Below are positions 25,942 through 40,426 of a stretch of DNA of 64,000 bases, piece after piece. The position numbers and the translations under genes are program-made. How positions within the stretch are numbered: the first letter of the stretch is position 1; each line of letters starts with the position of its first letter. The stretch is from Camelus dromedarius (Eukaryota). The DNA is taken from the NCBI RefSeq assembly GCF_036321535.1, contig NC_087436.1:31622001-31686000 (forward strand), read 5' to 3'. The notes below the pieces were generated by a model, which was not told where the DNA came from, did not search any database, and worked only from the letters and a program-made list of their open reading frames with translations.

Positions 25942-26092
25942 TTTTTGTCTTTTTTAATTTGTATTATTTTATTTTGGTGGGGGTAGGGAGATAATTAGGT
26001 TTATTTATTTTTTAGAAGAGGTACCATAGATTGAACCCAGGACCTCGTGCATGCTAAGCATGCTCTCTACAACTTGAGCTATACCCCTCCCC
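25942..26092 (-). mobile_element. Camelid Vic-1-type tRNA-derived SINE, full length
   Basis: Minus strand reads ggggaggggtatagctcaagttgtagag (A box) ... ggttcaatc (B box) ... aaataaacctaatta, then an A-rich tail. Degenerate TSD acagtagtcatt / acaatagtcgtt. Confidence 0.85.
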
Positions 26093-26879
26093 GAACAATA
26101 GTCGTTGTGCTGTTTCTCACAGAAGAACTTTTGTTTTCTTCCTTTTTGCTTTTGATCATTATTCTGTTTCTTAGAAAAACTGTAACTTTATAAATCTGCT
26201 TAAAGCTTGTCTTCTTGAGGAAGATTTCTCTGACTCATTCCACCAGATTTTTACTCTTCTTGTGGATATACTGAGCATTTATTCATTCTAACTGAGATTT
26301 TATTCTATTTCTCTGTAGGTAACTTTTTTGTCATATATAGTTGTTTATATGCTGCATTATGGAAATAATTATTTTTCAAGCCATATATGCTCAGATTTCA
26401 TATTTGCCTTGTAAAGTCTTTGAAAGATTTTCATTTGTGTATATCTTTCAGGAATAATTAATATTATCTTTGTAAAAGGTTGTATTGTAAAGACTGATTC
26501 TAAAGTATTTGCATAGGGGTCCATATTATCCTCTCAACAAAGTGACAGTATTAGAATATTTATTTTAAAAAATTAAACCACTAAGGAATGATTTCATTAG
26601 CAGACATAGATACTACCTTCATATAAGAAACTGTAATTTGTCAATCTATTTTGTATTTATTGAGCACTTAATATACCTGTATGCTTTGAGTGTGGGAACA
26701 ATCTTTAATAAGTTTACATATGATATGATAGCCTCAGAATCGCTGAAATTGGACCTGTTTCATCTCATGTATACTTTTGTGGCTTTAACAATCTCTAAAG
26801 GTGAGATCCCATTAAATTTTTGTAGTTTGAGGTTTCCCCTGGTTATCTCTACCCAGATAGGTCAGAGGCACTAAACTAA

Positions 26880-27690
26880 GCTTGTTACCATCTCTCCCGA
26901 ATCTTCTCTTTGTATTTCTAAATGGTACCACCCAGTTTCTGCTTCAGAAAACTAGGATGCGTCCTGAATCCTTTCTGGCCCAACTCTACCTTCTAAGTGT
27001 CTCTCAGATCCTTCACTTCTGCATCATTCATTATATTCTCATTGCCTTTGCATCATCACATCTGAGCTACTCCAGTAAGTTCCAAATTGGCTTACCCCTC
27101 CCCCATCTTCCTTTTTACTGTCATCAAAATGATCTTTCTAAAATAAAACCTGATCATGTCAGTCTCCTTCAGTGTCTACAAAATGCCTGTGGGATTTAAT
27201 CCAAATTACTCAGCATGACATGAAGTCTTCTATGGCCTGACCCCTGCCTACTTAACTATCTTATTACTCTTCATCTCAATTTCCTAAACTATTGCTAGTT
27301 CCCCCAAACAAGCCATGCTATTTTATAAATCCCTCCTTTGCTCACATTATTCAGGCTGCCTAAAAATGCCCTTTCTTGATAAATATCCTCTCAACTTTCA
27401 AGATTCAGTTCAAGTGTCACATCTTCTAGAAATCTTTTTCTGAATCTTTATGGTTTCTTCCTCCCGGGTAGAACCAAATTTGCCTTTCTTTGTGCCTCAG
27501 CTGTAGACGGCAATATATCTGTCACAGGATCTTTAGTGTACTTAATTCTTTACAAATTAATCTCTCTTTGCTAATTTTTAAACTCCTTAAAGGTATGGAT
27601 CATAATGTAGCCATTTTTATCATGCCATCATCTAACACAGTGCTAGACACATGGCAGGTGTTCTTAAAAACGACTTTGAGCCATTAAGTC
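26880..27690 (+). mobile_element. L2 3' relic
   Basis: Pyrimidine-rich L2 body (ctgatcatgtc, tggcctgacccctgcctac) ending in acagtgctagacacatggcaggtg. Confidence 0.65.
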
Positions 27691-27869
27691 AGTTAATGAA
27701 ATTGTACTTCATTGGAAAGACAGAGCTGAACTGATTTATGTGGGTTTTCTACTTGTGTATTTTGCAATTGATCTTTTGGGGCACAACTGTTTTCTTGACT
27801 TTTCTTGACAGTCATTATTTAGAAAATTATATTTTATATTCTTCAACCATGCAGTAATGTGTGTCCACT

Positions 27870-28568
27870 TAGTAGTCCTGTGTGATAAAATCTCACACTG
27901 TCCTGCTTTGTCCTACCCAGTTGTGAATTATCTTCTTTGTCCACTGTATCCCGCTGTACCCCATCACTTAGTAGTGTCTCCGTTATCAGATTGACACTCC
28001 AGGATATTGCAGGCTTGTGTCCAAGTAACCCTTATTTAATAGTGGCCCCAAAGCACAAGAGTAGTGATGTTGGCAGTTCAGATATGCCAAAGAGAAACCT
28101 TAAAGTGCTGCTTCTAATGAAAAGGTGAAAGCTCTCTATTTAATAAAAAAAAAAAAAAATCTTCTGCTGAGTCTGCTGAGATCAATGGTAAAAACGTATC
28201 TTCTGTCTGTGAAATTGTGAAGAAGTAAAAGGAAATTCATGCTGGTTTGGCTGTCGCATTTCAGACTGCAAAAGTTATAGCCACAGTGTGTGATAAGTGC
28301 TTAGTTAAGATGGAAAAGCATTAAATTTGTACAGTAAGGTATCTTGTGTGAGAGAGAGAAGCTACACTCACATAACTTTTATTACAGTGTGTTGTTATAA
28401 TTGTTACTAGCTACTGTCATTAATCTCTTAATGTGCCCAATTTAAACTTTATCATGGATATATATGTATAGGAAAAGTATGCTGTATATAGGGTTCAGTA
28501 CAATCTGCAGTTTCAGACATCTACTGGGAGTCTTGGAACTTCTCTCCTGCAGAAAAGGGCGACTACTG
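27870..28568. mobile_element. MER44/Tigger7-type TcMar DNA transposon
   Basis: Motif ggccccaaagcacaagagtagtgatgttggc, with terminus gggcgactactg followed by TA. Confidence 0.8.
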
Positions 28569-29699
28569 TATATGTACCTTTGCCAGGTAATAGTTTTATT
28601 TTAGCTAAGATAACAGATTTTTCTAAGATGTTTCATATTCCAATTTGAATAATATTGTGTCTTTTATTATAAGAATGCTATATGGAAATCTGGAATTCAT
28701 GGATCACTAGTTTTGATTCATAGTGTCTCTTGGAAACTATCCCAAGTGAGAAATGGCCCTGAGCAGATGTGCTTAGTCATAAGAATTGCCAGAGAGTTCC
28801 TCATGTGTTGGCAGCTAGTTTTATGAGCATAGAAAATATGTTTTAAGATAAGAAATAGGGCCTTGCTGTCAGTTTCCTATATCTTCACACTATTTTACTT
28901 TAATGTTAAAGGGTTACTTAGTCACCCCTTATACAAAAATGTTTATATCTTTCCCACTTAATCTTTCAGGGGCATAAAGAAGAATATGAGACTTTACATT
29001 TAGAACATATTAGTCAAGAGTAGAAATAAATTTATAACTTCATTGTTTGGAACTTTTGCCTGAAATAGGTGATCCCTGATTTATTTCAAAATATGTATTT
29101 TATTGATAATTATGATTTTACTTTGCAAATACTCCATATTTACCCACTTAACCTAAAAGTGCACTTCCATGTGATGCGACGTATAAAGAGCATAGGCTAT
29201 GAAGGCAGACAGCTCTAGATGAGTATTCTTATTTTTTATTTTCTATTGACTTGGGCAGATTGCTTAACTGAACTTTAGTTTCTTAATCTCTAATAGAAAT
29301 AAAATGAGCTTCTTTACAGTGTTGCAATATACTGTAACTCATTTTTGCTTTTCTCTATTCTACTTTAGTATCCAACCTGTGTAGGTAGGCTTGTGTAATA
29401 TTTACAAATCAGTTGCTGATAGACTTGGAAGTTAGTATTAATGCAATAAATAGACAGTTGACATTTCCCTTCTAGCTCTAGAAATCAGCCTTACCTCTGT
29501 TGTTGCTGCTGTAATTTCTAGGAACCAGATTAAGCTTTCCTTTCTTTTTCACTCCTTTCTATTTTTATATCCCCATGTCTTGCCAACTGTACAACCCTAA
29601 ACTCTGTTTCTTCTTCTGTGTTGTTCCATCAGTTATATCGATTCTTTTTAAAAATAATAGTCTTTTGGGTTTCTTCCAAGACCACAGGCATAGGTATAT

Positions 29700-31260
29700 A
29701 CCTCGAGGCCCTGATGATTCCTCAGATTACTGTTTTCTTCTCATTCTTTGAAATTGCTTGGAAGAAGAGCCTCTATTTGCTATAGTCACTCTTCAGAATT
29801 TCTTTTACTTTAGATTTGGTCCCACGTCTTTTATTCTTCTCCTCAAAATTATTGGTACCCCTTTTGCCTTGAAACAGAATCCTCCTTTCTCCTTGGTCAT
29901 TGATTCATTTTGATTGATGATTTTTTTTCTGCCCTTGAACATTTTTCTACTAGGTCTTTTGTTTTTGTGTCCTGATTTCTTCTCTGACCTTTGTCACCAT
30001 TTCTTTGCCTTTGCTTTTCCCATTTCCTTATCCTACCTACTAAAGTAGACGTTTATTAAATTTTTAGACATGTTGCATACTTTCCCCCACTTATCACGTT
30101 TACCCTACTCAACTTAAACTTTCATCTCAGTAATAATGTTTCCCACATGTATACCTTTGGCCTTGATCACTTTGTTGAGCTCTATATTTGAATTGCTAGA
30201 CAGTGGTTTTCAAACTTTAACAACAGAAGCCCTTAAAAAAAATTGTATACATAGAACCCCAATATATAACACTGATAAAAGTGGAATTGCTGTGATTGAA
30301 GTAAGAAGCGGAAATCTTCCCCAAGTTAGTAGCTAATACTGTCATCAAACCTAAGAAGTTTTCTTGACTCCTCTCTCGCTTTACCCCCAGATCCAAGTCA
30401 TGCTGGCTTTGGATACAGATTATCACAAATTCAGTCATCACCACTATCATTGCTACCCCAAGCCACCACTACCTCTTGCTTGCATTTGCCTCCTGTCTGG
30501 TTGCCTGCTTTTACTTTTATCTCACTGTTATTTATTCTTCACACACCAGCCCAAGTCGTCTCCTCAAAACATAAAACAAATCACATCACTCACCTGCTTA
30601 AAACACTCAGTGGGTTTTAATTGCAATTGGAACAATTTCCAAAATTCTTACTATACCCAAAGACACATATGATCTGAGAGACACAGAGAGAGCTGCCTTC
30701 CTTTGACTTCATCTTACTCGTTTCTATGAAACATCCCTGCTAATTGTCATTTATTTAAGTGACTTTCTCATACTCTGCATTTATTGTTAAATCCCTCTGC
30801 CTATAATTCTTTCATCTTAGATTTTCTTAAATTGACTTCATTGTCCTTTAAACCTTAGATCAAATATTTCTTCTTTAGAATAGGTTGTCACTGATGACCT
30901 AAGTCTCTCTCTCATTGTTATTTATCATTTGTTTCATTGCATTATCACTTTCTGCAGTTATCTCATTTATCTGTTTACATATTTACTGTCTGTCCTCCTC
31001 TAATACAGTGTAAACTTTTTGAAGTCAGAGCCTTTGACTCCTTGTTTATCACTGTATCACCAGAACTGACAACAGTGCTTAGTGTGGTTTATGTAGGTGC
31101 TCAATAAAATAAGTCTAGGGCTTCTGAAATACAGTTTAAAAAAAAAAAAAAGCTGGACATGCCATGACCACATGAAGCTCAACATGTCCAGATTATATTC
31201 ATAGTGTCTGGCATATCATAAGCATTCAGTAAATATTTGTTCAAAGAATGAATGTATGGA
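29700..31260 (+). mobile_element. L2 relic(s)
   Basis: Pyrimidine-rich body with 3' ends gtaggtgctcaataaa (~31100) and cagtaaatatttgttcaaagaatgaatg (~31240). Confidence 0.6.
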
Positions 31261-34200
31261 GTCTGTTAAATTCTCTCTGTAAAATCTATGCCATCTCTCC
31301 AAGTGGAACTGCTTACTTATTGTTACCATCACTTTAGTTTAGATATTCCCATCATCTTGCCTATTTACTATGATAGATTGGTTAAAGAAAGATGAAACCA
31401 TCATTCTAGTCCATTCTTTTTCAACAATGCCAGGCTTAAATTCCTAATGTGCAGCTCTGATCCCATTATTTGAGCAGCTCTCCATTGCCCTTAAATTAAT
31501 ACAGATCACTTAACTCGTCAACTAAGGTCCTTGACATTGTAACCCCAATGCCTTTCCGGTCTCCTTTCCCACCTTCCCCACTTTCCTACCTTTATGCTTC
31601 TACTTATTTTATTCCTTCCTGAAACTTTCTCTTTACCTCTGCTTGTGAGATTAACTGTTCCTCTGCCAATTCTTATTTTAAATACCTCACACTTCAATAT
31701 TCCCTGAACTAAATGCAAATATACTATCTACTATGAATTATAATGCTTTATTTTAATCTTTTGTGATGCTTTAAGTCAGCTTTGTGGCCCTCCTAAACAT
31801 TACTGTATATCACATATCTTTGTTTTGTATTATCTCACAGAACACCTTCTGTGTTCCAAACATCACAGACACGTGGTAAGCATTTTTTGAGCATATCCAT
31901 TGCATAAGCCTATTTAATAATACAAATGAATAAATATGTTCTCCACTTTGTCAGTGGTACCCAGTGATATGACTCTAAAATTACATTTTTAATAATTATT
32001 TACAACCTTTTGGAAAGATAAGCCTGTTAATTGTTTGGTTATTATGTAAAATCTAGGCAGTGGCTGTATATTAGAATCACCTATATAGGTTCTGAAAAAC
32101 AGATGAGCAGATACCTCTCCCATACATTCTGAATGAATAAGACTCAGACAGAGACTATGCATATATAATTGCAAAAACTTTCATTCACAGAAAGTATAGA
32201 GATCTACTACTAGTCTGATGGAAAATTGTATTCCGACATAGAAATTAGAATTTTGAACTACTTTAAATTGTATATAATAATTTGAATTATGTAAAAATTA
32301 TATACAAATGACTATTTCAAGACTGAAGAGACTTTTAAAGTTTTGATAACTCAGTATGTGAATTATTAAAATCTGTTGCTTTTAAAGTTTCTTTGTAGGC
32401 TTCTGTCTTTTGAATTGTTTTAATCATTAGACTGCTACTAAAGATTGAAAGGAGAAAAAATGAAAATAAATTTTTTCCAGTTTTGCTACTTACTATTAGT
32501 TTCCTAAAAGCAGAAGTGATCTTGAAAATTCAGAACCTTGTCTAAAATTGAGGATTTTCTGAAGTATTTAAAAATAAATGATTGACTTTATTATACTGGA
32601 TAATTTTAGAAGAACTTATTTAAAGTACCTAAATGTATGCATTTTTGTTTTATTTTAAATTCTAAAGTTTAGACTATGTGTCAAATCCATAAAAACTGGG
32701 TCTTTCTCTCAGAATGTTAGCACTTTTCGTTATATGAAAGAAATATTGTAAATATTTCTAGGATTCTCTTGATATGAGCCTATAAAAGACAGAAATTTAT
32801 CTTAAAATGGACTCATTTTGTTTGCTGTAAAATCTCAAAAAAGGCATTGATAATTAAAGCATTTTAATTTCTGTTGAGATTGATGCTAGTATATATTAAT
32901 AGAAAATACATACACGTATCCTGTGTTTTATGTTATATTTGATTATACTTTGCTTACAGAGCAAAGCTTTGTTTTTGAAAGATTTAATTCAGACCTCTTT
33001 AATATCATAAATGATGAAAATTACATTAAAGAAAAATCTCGGAAATTTTAAATTGCTTGACAAGGAAGCATACCTGAATACAAAATAATTTGCTTTTAAA
33101 AATTCTTTGTAGCAAAAATAAAATATGTGAGTACTTATGACATCAAGATTGTTAATATTTAACTATTCTTATTTTTTAATCAAATTTGTTTTTTAAGGTG
33201 AAAACTGTTTTTTAACCTTTATAAAATTATGTACATAAGCAGACATATATCTAAAACATTTACGTGTAAAATAGTATAAATGTATAGTTATTAAAGGCCC
33301 TTCATAAAATAAAATTATAGTTATTTTTGTTGGCAACTTTAAAGATTTCATAAATTTGAATATTTGGAATGACTCACAACATTCCACAGAGCATACTCAC
33401 ATAAAGCTTTTATTTAAAGGGGAAAGATATTGTGCAGTAAGAAAAAAGAGCATCAGGAAGCATGGGGGCCCAAGTGACATCCAGGCACAAGTGCCCTAGG
33501 GTCTTTATTCATACAAAGACATGCTTTGTCTCCAGATTGAACTACCAAGATGTGTGCAATGAATCTAGGCTTCAGGAAAGCTCAGCGCAGAAGGTTTTTT
33601 TTGGCCCCTCTGGTCATATGGTCTAGCCCGGCTGTCTCACCAGTTATACCAGGTGAAAGCCATCAGCAAACAGATCCTGTTGGGGGTTAGCGGAGGCAAT
33701 TCAGACTTCAGCAGCACACCATAAATCTCACTTTTCATTTCTTGGCCCAGAGTCAAGGCCAGACATTCAGACATCCCCCAAGCTTTTTCAAACCAGCTGT
33801 AAATTAATGCTGTACCACGCATTCTTGACAACTTGAAATCTAAAAAGGGGCAAGATTATGGTGATAGTCTTTGTGTAAACTACAATAAAGTTTATAAAGT
33901 GATTTAATATGTATTAGCTTATTTGAACTTTATGATAATTCTGTGAGCTATGCAGGAAAATTCTTTTTTATCTCAAATTTATAGCTACAATTCTGAGACT
34001 TGGAGAAGTTAAGTGATTGGCTCAGTTCACATGGCCTTTTGTGGTGATAGAGGCAGGTTTAAGACAGACCTTACAACTTTTATTCTAGAATATTTTTCAC
34101 TGTTTCACGCCAGAAGGAGATATAAAGAACTATTTCTTTGCTATCTTGTGGAACAATGTATAGGAATAAATATATATAAAACTATTACTTATTTTTCCCC

Positions 34201-37074
34201 CAAAACATGATTCTTTGTGTGTTTTAGGAAATATAATTAAATGCTTTCAGGGTATTTTTCCTTTTAATACTTATAAAAATAGATCATAAGACCAGTACCT
34301 GAATTTTTTTCTTTTATGTATGAGATTCTGTTTCAAATGAGATAGGTATGGAAGAATTGTTCACAAAATTACTATTTTAGGCTTTCCACATATAAATAAA
34401 AAATTGGATATGCGAGACCTGAGTAAAAGTATCAAGATATAATTGTACCTGTGACTCTCTCTCTCTCCCCTTTCCTTTTGTACTCTCTTTTATTCACTTA
34501 TGGTATATTTACTTGTCTGCTATATGCCAGGTACTGTGTTACCTCCGAGGATTTAAAAATTAATACAATGTGATCCTTGCCTTTAATGATCATACATACC
34601 GTAATTTTTTCATAAACTCACAGTTCCACAAGGGGAGTATCTGTTAACAATGTAGAAAAAGTATTATGTTTTATGGGGACTGGGATTATAGGGCCTTTTG
34701 CCTAGGCGAAATTAGGGAAGACTTGAAATGAGGACACTTTTAAGCTAAGTCTTGAAGATTCTTGAGGAATTTATCAGAAAAGGCAGGCAAAGGCTACTTA
34801 AGTCAAGCATGTAAACAAATAGACAAGGATATGTTTAAGAAACAGGATTTGGTAGTCTCTCCTACCTGGAACAGAAATTATATGAGGGGAATTAGCAAGA
34901 GATGAGATGTTTGAGGTCAGATGATGACTAACTTTATGTGTCATGCAGAAAAGTGCTGATTATATGCCCAAGGAAGTGGGGAACCCAGAAATCATTATTA
35001 AACAAGAATTTTTATCACCAGATAATTTTTTTTTTTTTGCAGATGAGATTCATTGTAGAGGATGAATTAAAGAGGAGACCAGCAGCAAAGAAATCAGTTT
35101 GAAATCCATTGGAATAGTCCTGGAAAGTTATGATGAGATCAAACATTGGGCCATGAAAGTGGAAATGGAATACACAATTGAGAGAAAATTTAGAAGTAGA
35201 ATCATTAGGCAAATTAGATAGAAATCAGGAAATCATGTATTATAGAACTTTAGTTTTGGCACATTATCTAATCTACTTCTCTGTTGTTGGATATGAGACC
35301 GCTGAGACACTCTTGTGGTCAAGTGAAGTACATTAAGCCTCATCACTGGTTAGTGACAGAACTGAGTTCCTTACTCTAGGATCCTCTACCTTGGACCTCA
35401 TTCCTACTGTGTCTCTAACACAATTTTTTTTTCTTTAATCATGCTCTGACCTTACATTTCTTTACAGTTTACAGTGCACTTTAATGTACATTATCTATTT
35501 TGACTTGTGCAGCAACTCCGTGACACAAGTAGAACAAGCATTATTATCCCCTTTCTAAAGGCAAGAAAACTAAGTCAGAGTGGATGCTATGCTTAGTCAG
35601 AGGTTACTCAATTTTATCATTACCAGATAAATATCTTACCCCTTCAGTTTTTCCTTTTAAAATAAAAAGAATTTTATATCTGGTAGATTTATTTATTGAT
35701 TTATATAGTAGATTCACTTCTGAAATTATCTCTAAGCTTAGATTTTACATGCACTGGTATAAGGTAGTTTTTGTTTTTTGTTTTTGTTTTGTCATCTGAT
35801 GAATCATTTTGCAAGCAGAAAAAAAATTATTTTATCTGATAGTCAAATTTTTATAAATTGGAGATATTTAAAGCAAAGCATTTCCTTATATGCTTAATCT
35901 TATGCAGTATTATTGGGGCTATTTTTTAGTTGCCAGTATATCAGAGGACTCTGTTTAAATATCAGTTTCATTGCTTACCTGTGAATACTTGCAAGTTAGC
36001 AAACCTCTGTCAACCTTACTCTCTAGACTTCAGTTTGATATAACAATATTACTTAATGCACAGAGTTATTGTGGTGAGACAGTGTCTACAAAGCATTTAG
36101 GACAGTTCCTGGAACCTAGTAATTACCTGATACATTTTAGCTATTATTAGCTTTTTTATTTCCTGTTGTTTTATGCTAATCAATAATGTAATTCTGAATA
36201 CCGTTAAGAGTCAAAGTAAGTGAATTGACATTTATTGTGAATTTTGCATCAAATAATTTATTTACGTTCTACAGCATTAATGTGGTTTATATTTATAATA
36301 CATACATAAAATAAAAAGAAATAAATATAGGCAGTTCCTAAAGTACCTTCCTTCCTGAAAAGTATATTTTTTAACATAATCCACATGTTCTTTATTTATA
36401 CTTAGTGCTTAATTGGTATGATATTAAAAAGTCTTTTTCTGTTTCAGAAAGTCTTATTTTATTATTCTAAAATCTTTATAGGGAGTGGAGGAGATACTGA
36501 AACTTACTTGATAATATTAGAATATTCAAAAACTTGTCCTTTTTGTCCTTTGCACCTACAGTCTCTGAAGAAAGTAGATATTAGACTATCTTGAGACCAG
36601 TGTTTCAATTCATTATGTTACGTACTTCTAGTGTTTGGGGAATGATCAAAGTGTTGAAGCTTGGATTCATTTTCATAAAAAGGCCCATTAGCAATACTTC
36701 TCTAACTCTATTTGGGAAATTATAGATGTAACTGTATTCTACTTAATGCACTGACATTCTTGTTAGGTAATTCATTATGATGATAAAGTTCTTCTTCATG
36801 AAATCTATTGAATTATTTGAGTATAAAATATAATTTATCCAAATAAAGTATTAATGACTCCCACTTCGCGCTCACTCTTTCAGATATACTTTTTCTTCTT
36901 TACTCTTTTCCACATACATTTACTAGAAATAAAGGAATCTTTCAATATTAACCCCTTACATCCATTTTTAGGTGCATAATGGTTAGTACTGATTTTACCA
37001 AATTTAAATTTCTTTTCTAATTTTAAAAAAATTTTGTGGTCTATGAAAACAGTGTTTTTTACTTTGTATTTTAG

Positions 37075-37165
37075 GCAAGCCAAGTTAGATCTGAGAGTTG
37101 CAGCTGCAAAAGTGGAAGAGTTAACTAAAGTGACTGAAGATCTTCAAGGACATGTGCAAAAGAAG
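37075..37165 (+). CDS. SCLT1: SCLT1 exon (10), 91 nt, phase 2-0
   Basis: Boundaries tttAG|G ... AAG|GTattt. Encodes (R)QAKLDLRVAAAKVEELTKVTEDLQGHVQKK. Follows a ~19-kb intron. Confidence 0.96.
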
Positions 37166-37699
37166 GTATTTTCCTTTTTTCTAAGACAAGTGGATGCAGA
37201 TGCCTGTAGCATAGTTTTCTATGTATCTTAATGTTGATCTGTTGTGGATTAGTGTTAAAGAGCGTTGCTGGAAAATGAATTTATCATTTTGTTGCCCTCT
37301 ATATATAAAGTTAGGAAGCTAAATTATAATATTGGAAATAACTTTTTATCTCTATTTACTTTATGCTAAGTCAGTAAAACATCATAACATCATAATCATC
37401 CCTAAATACATCGTTACTGAAATGCATGTTAATGCAAAATCAGGTTTTGATTAATTGGTTACATGTAGATAGAAAAGAAGTATTTAATACTACATTTTGT
37501 TTACTATATTTTGTGCTATTTATTGGCATAAGAGACTGTTTCTTTTTATGTGTAATAGGGAAGTTTCAAGAATATATCAAGGAAAAGTCAGGCTTTAGAT
37601 TTAGATGGATCTAATTATTAAAGTTTTAACCCTGTCACTTATTAGCTGTGAAACTTTTCTGAGCCTTATTTCCAAATATGTAAAAGTTGGTTATAGATT

Positions 37700-39960
37700 T
37701 CCAATAATGGTGGATTTGTGAAAGGCCTATGCAAACCTTCTCATATATAATAGTTAAAAAATTGGATAAGTTTTTTGAAACACTGCAAAGCACCCCAAAA
37801 CAGAAAGACACTGAAAGAGAGAATTATGAGTTTTTAACTTTCTGACCTGAGAGTTCTCCCTAACCCCTACAGCTATGCTTCAGAAAACAAAAGCTTTATA
37901 TGCACTTATAGTGGCGCCCAAGATCAAAGTTTAGGGCTCAGTTGAGAATTTAAAGAAGAAATATTAGCAGCAAGAGAGCCACACAAACGATAAAAATTGA
38001 GACCCAAATTCTGAGTATAAACTGACCAGGTTCATAACTGACAGTCAAACTAAGTGTCCAGGGCTAGGATAGGGTCCCCAGGAACCCAGTGAAGAAGTAG
38101 GCAGAGACCTGAGAGAAATCTGCTCTTGAAAGATACAGCTGTATGGAACTAGATATTTAGGTTTGCTGCTTTTTATAATTGAGTGCATTCCCAAAATGTG
38201 TGCAGCTTGAGCAGGAAAGCTGAAGCATGAGTGTTTGAATATCTGTGGACAGAACCTAAAGCTGGCAGAGCAGCTGGAAATTACAAGGGGATCTCTAAGA
38301 GCAACAAACAACAAAGAGGATGAGCCCTACCTCTACCCAGATCTTGACTAATCCTCACATTACACAGACACAGTGAGTTTCCTGGGAGCCTAGCAAAAAA
38401 ATTTAACAGTGGAAAGAAATTAGACTCATCACAGATGGCAGCTGCTACATACTGTGGGGAAGACACTTCAGAGTTTGAGTCTAGGCAAGATAATTGCCTA
38501 ACTGAGCAAAAAAGCTAATAATCTTCAAAAGAGCAAAACAGAATCCAGAGAAACAACGATACATTATCTTTGTTATCCAATTTTCAACCAAAACTTACTA
38601 GACACTGAAGCGTGACTGCTAGGGGGAGGGTGAAAGAGGAAAGTCAATAGAAACTCACTTTCAGTGAGTTTGGATTTAGCTGTTGGATTTAACAGGCAGA
38701 GACTTCAAATAAGCTATTATGTTCAAGGAATTAAAATCTATTTTTAAATTACAGTAAAATATGTTTCAGTGAAGGAACAGATAGAGAATTTTTAATTGAG
38801 AACTAGAAAATAATTTTAAAAATAGAAATTCTAGAGTTTGAAAGTAAAACAACCCAAATAAAAATGTCATTAGATGGCTTCAAAAGTTAATTGGAAAAAG
38901 CAAAATAATCACTGAACTTGAAGACTGATCAATAGAAACGTTCCTATTCAAAGAATAGAGTTTAAAAGATGGAAGAAAAATGAACAGAACCTCAGTGATC
39001 TGTGGGACAATATGAAGCAAGCCAATGCAAGTGTGGTTGGAATAGGGGTAGGGGAGTGGGAGCAGTGCAGAAAAGATGTTCAAAGAAATAATAGCTGAAA
39101 TCTTTCAAAATTTAGTGGAAAACATTAACAGAGCCAAGGATCTCATTGAACCCTTAGCGAGATGAATACAAAGAAAATCACTTTCAACACATCATGACAA
39201 CACCGACAGCCAGTTAAAAAGAGAAAACTTAAAAGCAGCAGTAGAAAAATGGCGTGAACAGGGAAATAGAGATAAGAATAATGGCTGACTTCTCAAGAAA
39301 TTGTGGAAGCAGAAAACACTGGAGTAATATATCTGAACTGCTGAAGGGAAAAATAATGCTCATTAAGAATTCTGTGTCCAGTGAAACTGTGCTTCAAAAA
39401 TGAGGGCAAAATAAAGGCATTTTCAGGTAAACAAAAACTGAGAAAATGTGTCACTTAGTAGCTGTTCTTCAAAAAATTCTTTAGGCTGAAAGGAAATAAC
39501 ATCAGTTGGCAACTCAGATGTAAGAAGAAATTAAGAGCAACAGGAATTTTAAATATGAAAGATATATATACATACTTTTCTTTTCTCTTATTAGTACCTT
39601 AAAAGACTTGAATGCTAAAAGCAGAACTTAACACTATTTGATGGGCTTATAAAGTATGTAGGTATAATATATGACAACAATGACACTAAAGACTAGGATG
39701 ATACATGGAAATAAATACACTGTTGCAAGGTTCCAGTGTTTTCTCTGAATTAATTAACTATTAACTAAATAAATTGGGATAAGTTAGAGATGCAAATTGT
39801 AGCTAGGGCAACCACTAAAAAATAATTCAAAGAGGTATAACTAAAAACCAATAGAAGACCACCAAAAAAGGCCAGAAAGGATGAACAGGAAATTTTTTAA
39901 AGATGGTGCAAATAGAACCTGTTCATTTATTTTGAAGCAACACTGTTCAAAAAAGAAATA
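37700..39960 (+). mobile_element. Old L1M 5'UTR-ORF1 relic
   Basis: gatctgtgggacaatatgaagcaagccaat (DLWDNMKQAN), atggctgacttctca and ccagtgaaactgtgcttcaaaaatgagggc are decayed ORF1 motifs. Confidence 0.75.
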
Positions 39961-40334
39961 ATCTACGATTATAATGGGATGCAGTGTAACCTAGTTAAAA
40001 GAACACATGCTAAGGGCAGACAGTCTGCATACAAATTCCTGCCTTGTTTTGTTAGACTTGGGCCATAAAAATAATTTGAAATATTGGTAGAAATCTGTAT
40101 GTAGTGACTGTTTTGGTTATTGTTTTTCTAATACAGAATTGATAGTGAGGTTCTCATCTCCCTTTTTTAGTATATGCATGATTTGCTCCCAAAGTGATAG
40201 TGCTTCTTTAAACTTACATATGAAATTCTAGAAATACAGTAACTTTATATAATGAACTGCTTTCTTTATGCTATTTAACGGTGCTTTGAATTTTCACATA
40301 CTCAAGATAAGCATACAGTTTCTTTATTTTCTAG

Positions 40335-40426
40335 GAGGAGGATATTGTGTCTGCCCAAGGAAGAGAGGAAGCATCAGATAGGCGCTTACAGCAGTTGCAA
40401 TCTAGTATAAAACAATTAGAAACAAG
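40335..40426 (+). CDS. SCLT1: SCLT1 exon (11), 92 nt, phase 0-2
   Basis: Boundaries tctAG|GAG ... AG|GTaaat. Encodes EEDIVSAQGREEASDRRLQQLQSSIKQLET(R). Confidence 0.96.

Noticed and set aside
40332..40340. Tandem acceptor TAG GAG GAG at exon 11 (also TAG GAG at exon 15)
   Set aside because: GAG is a strongly disfavoured acceptor, and the proximal TAG gives the conserved frame.
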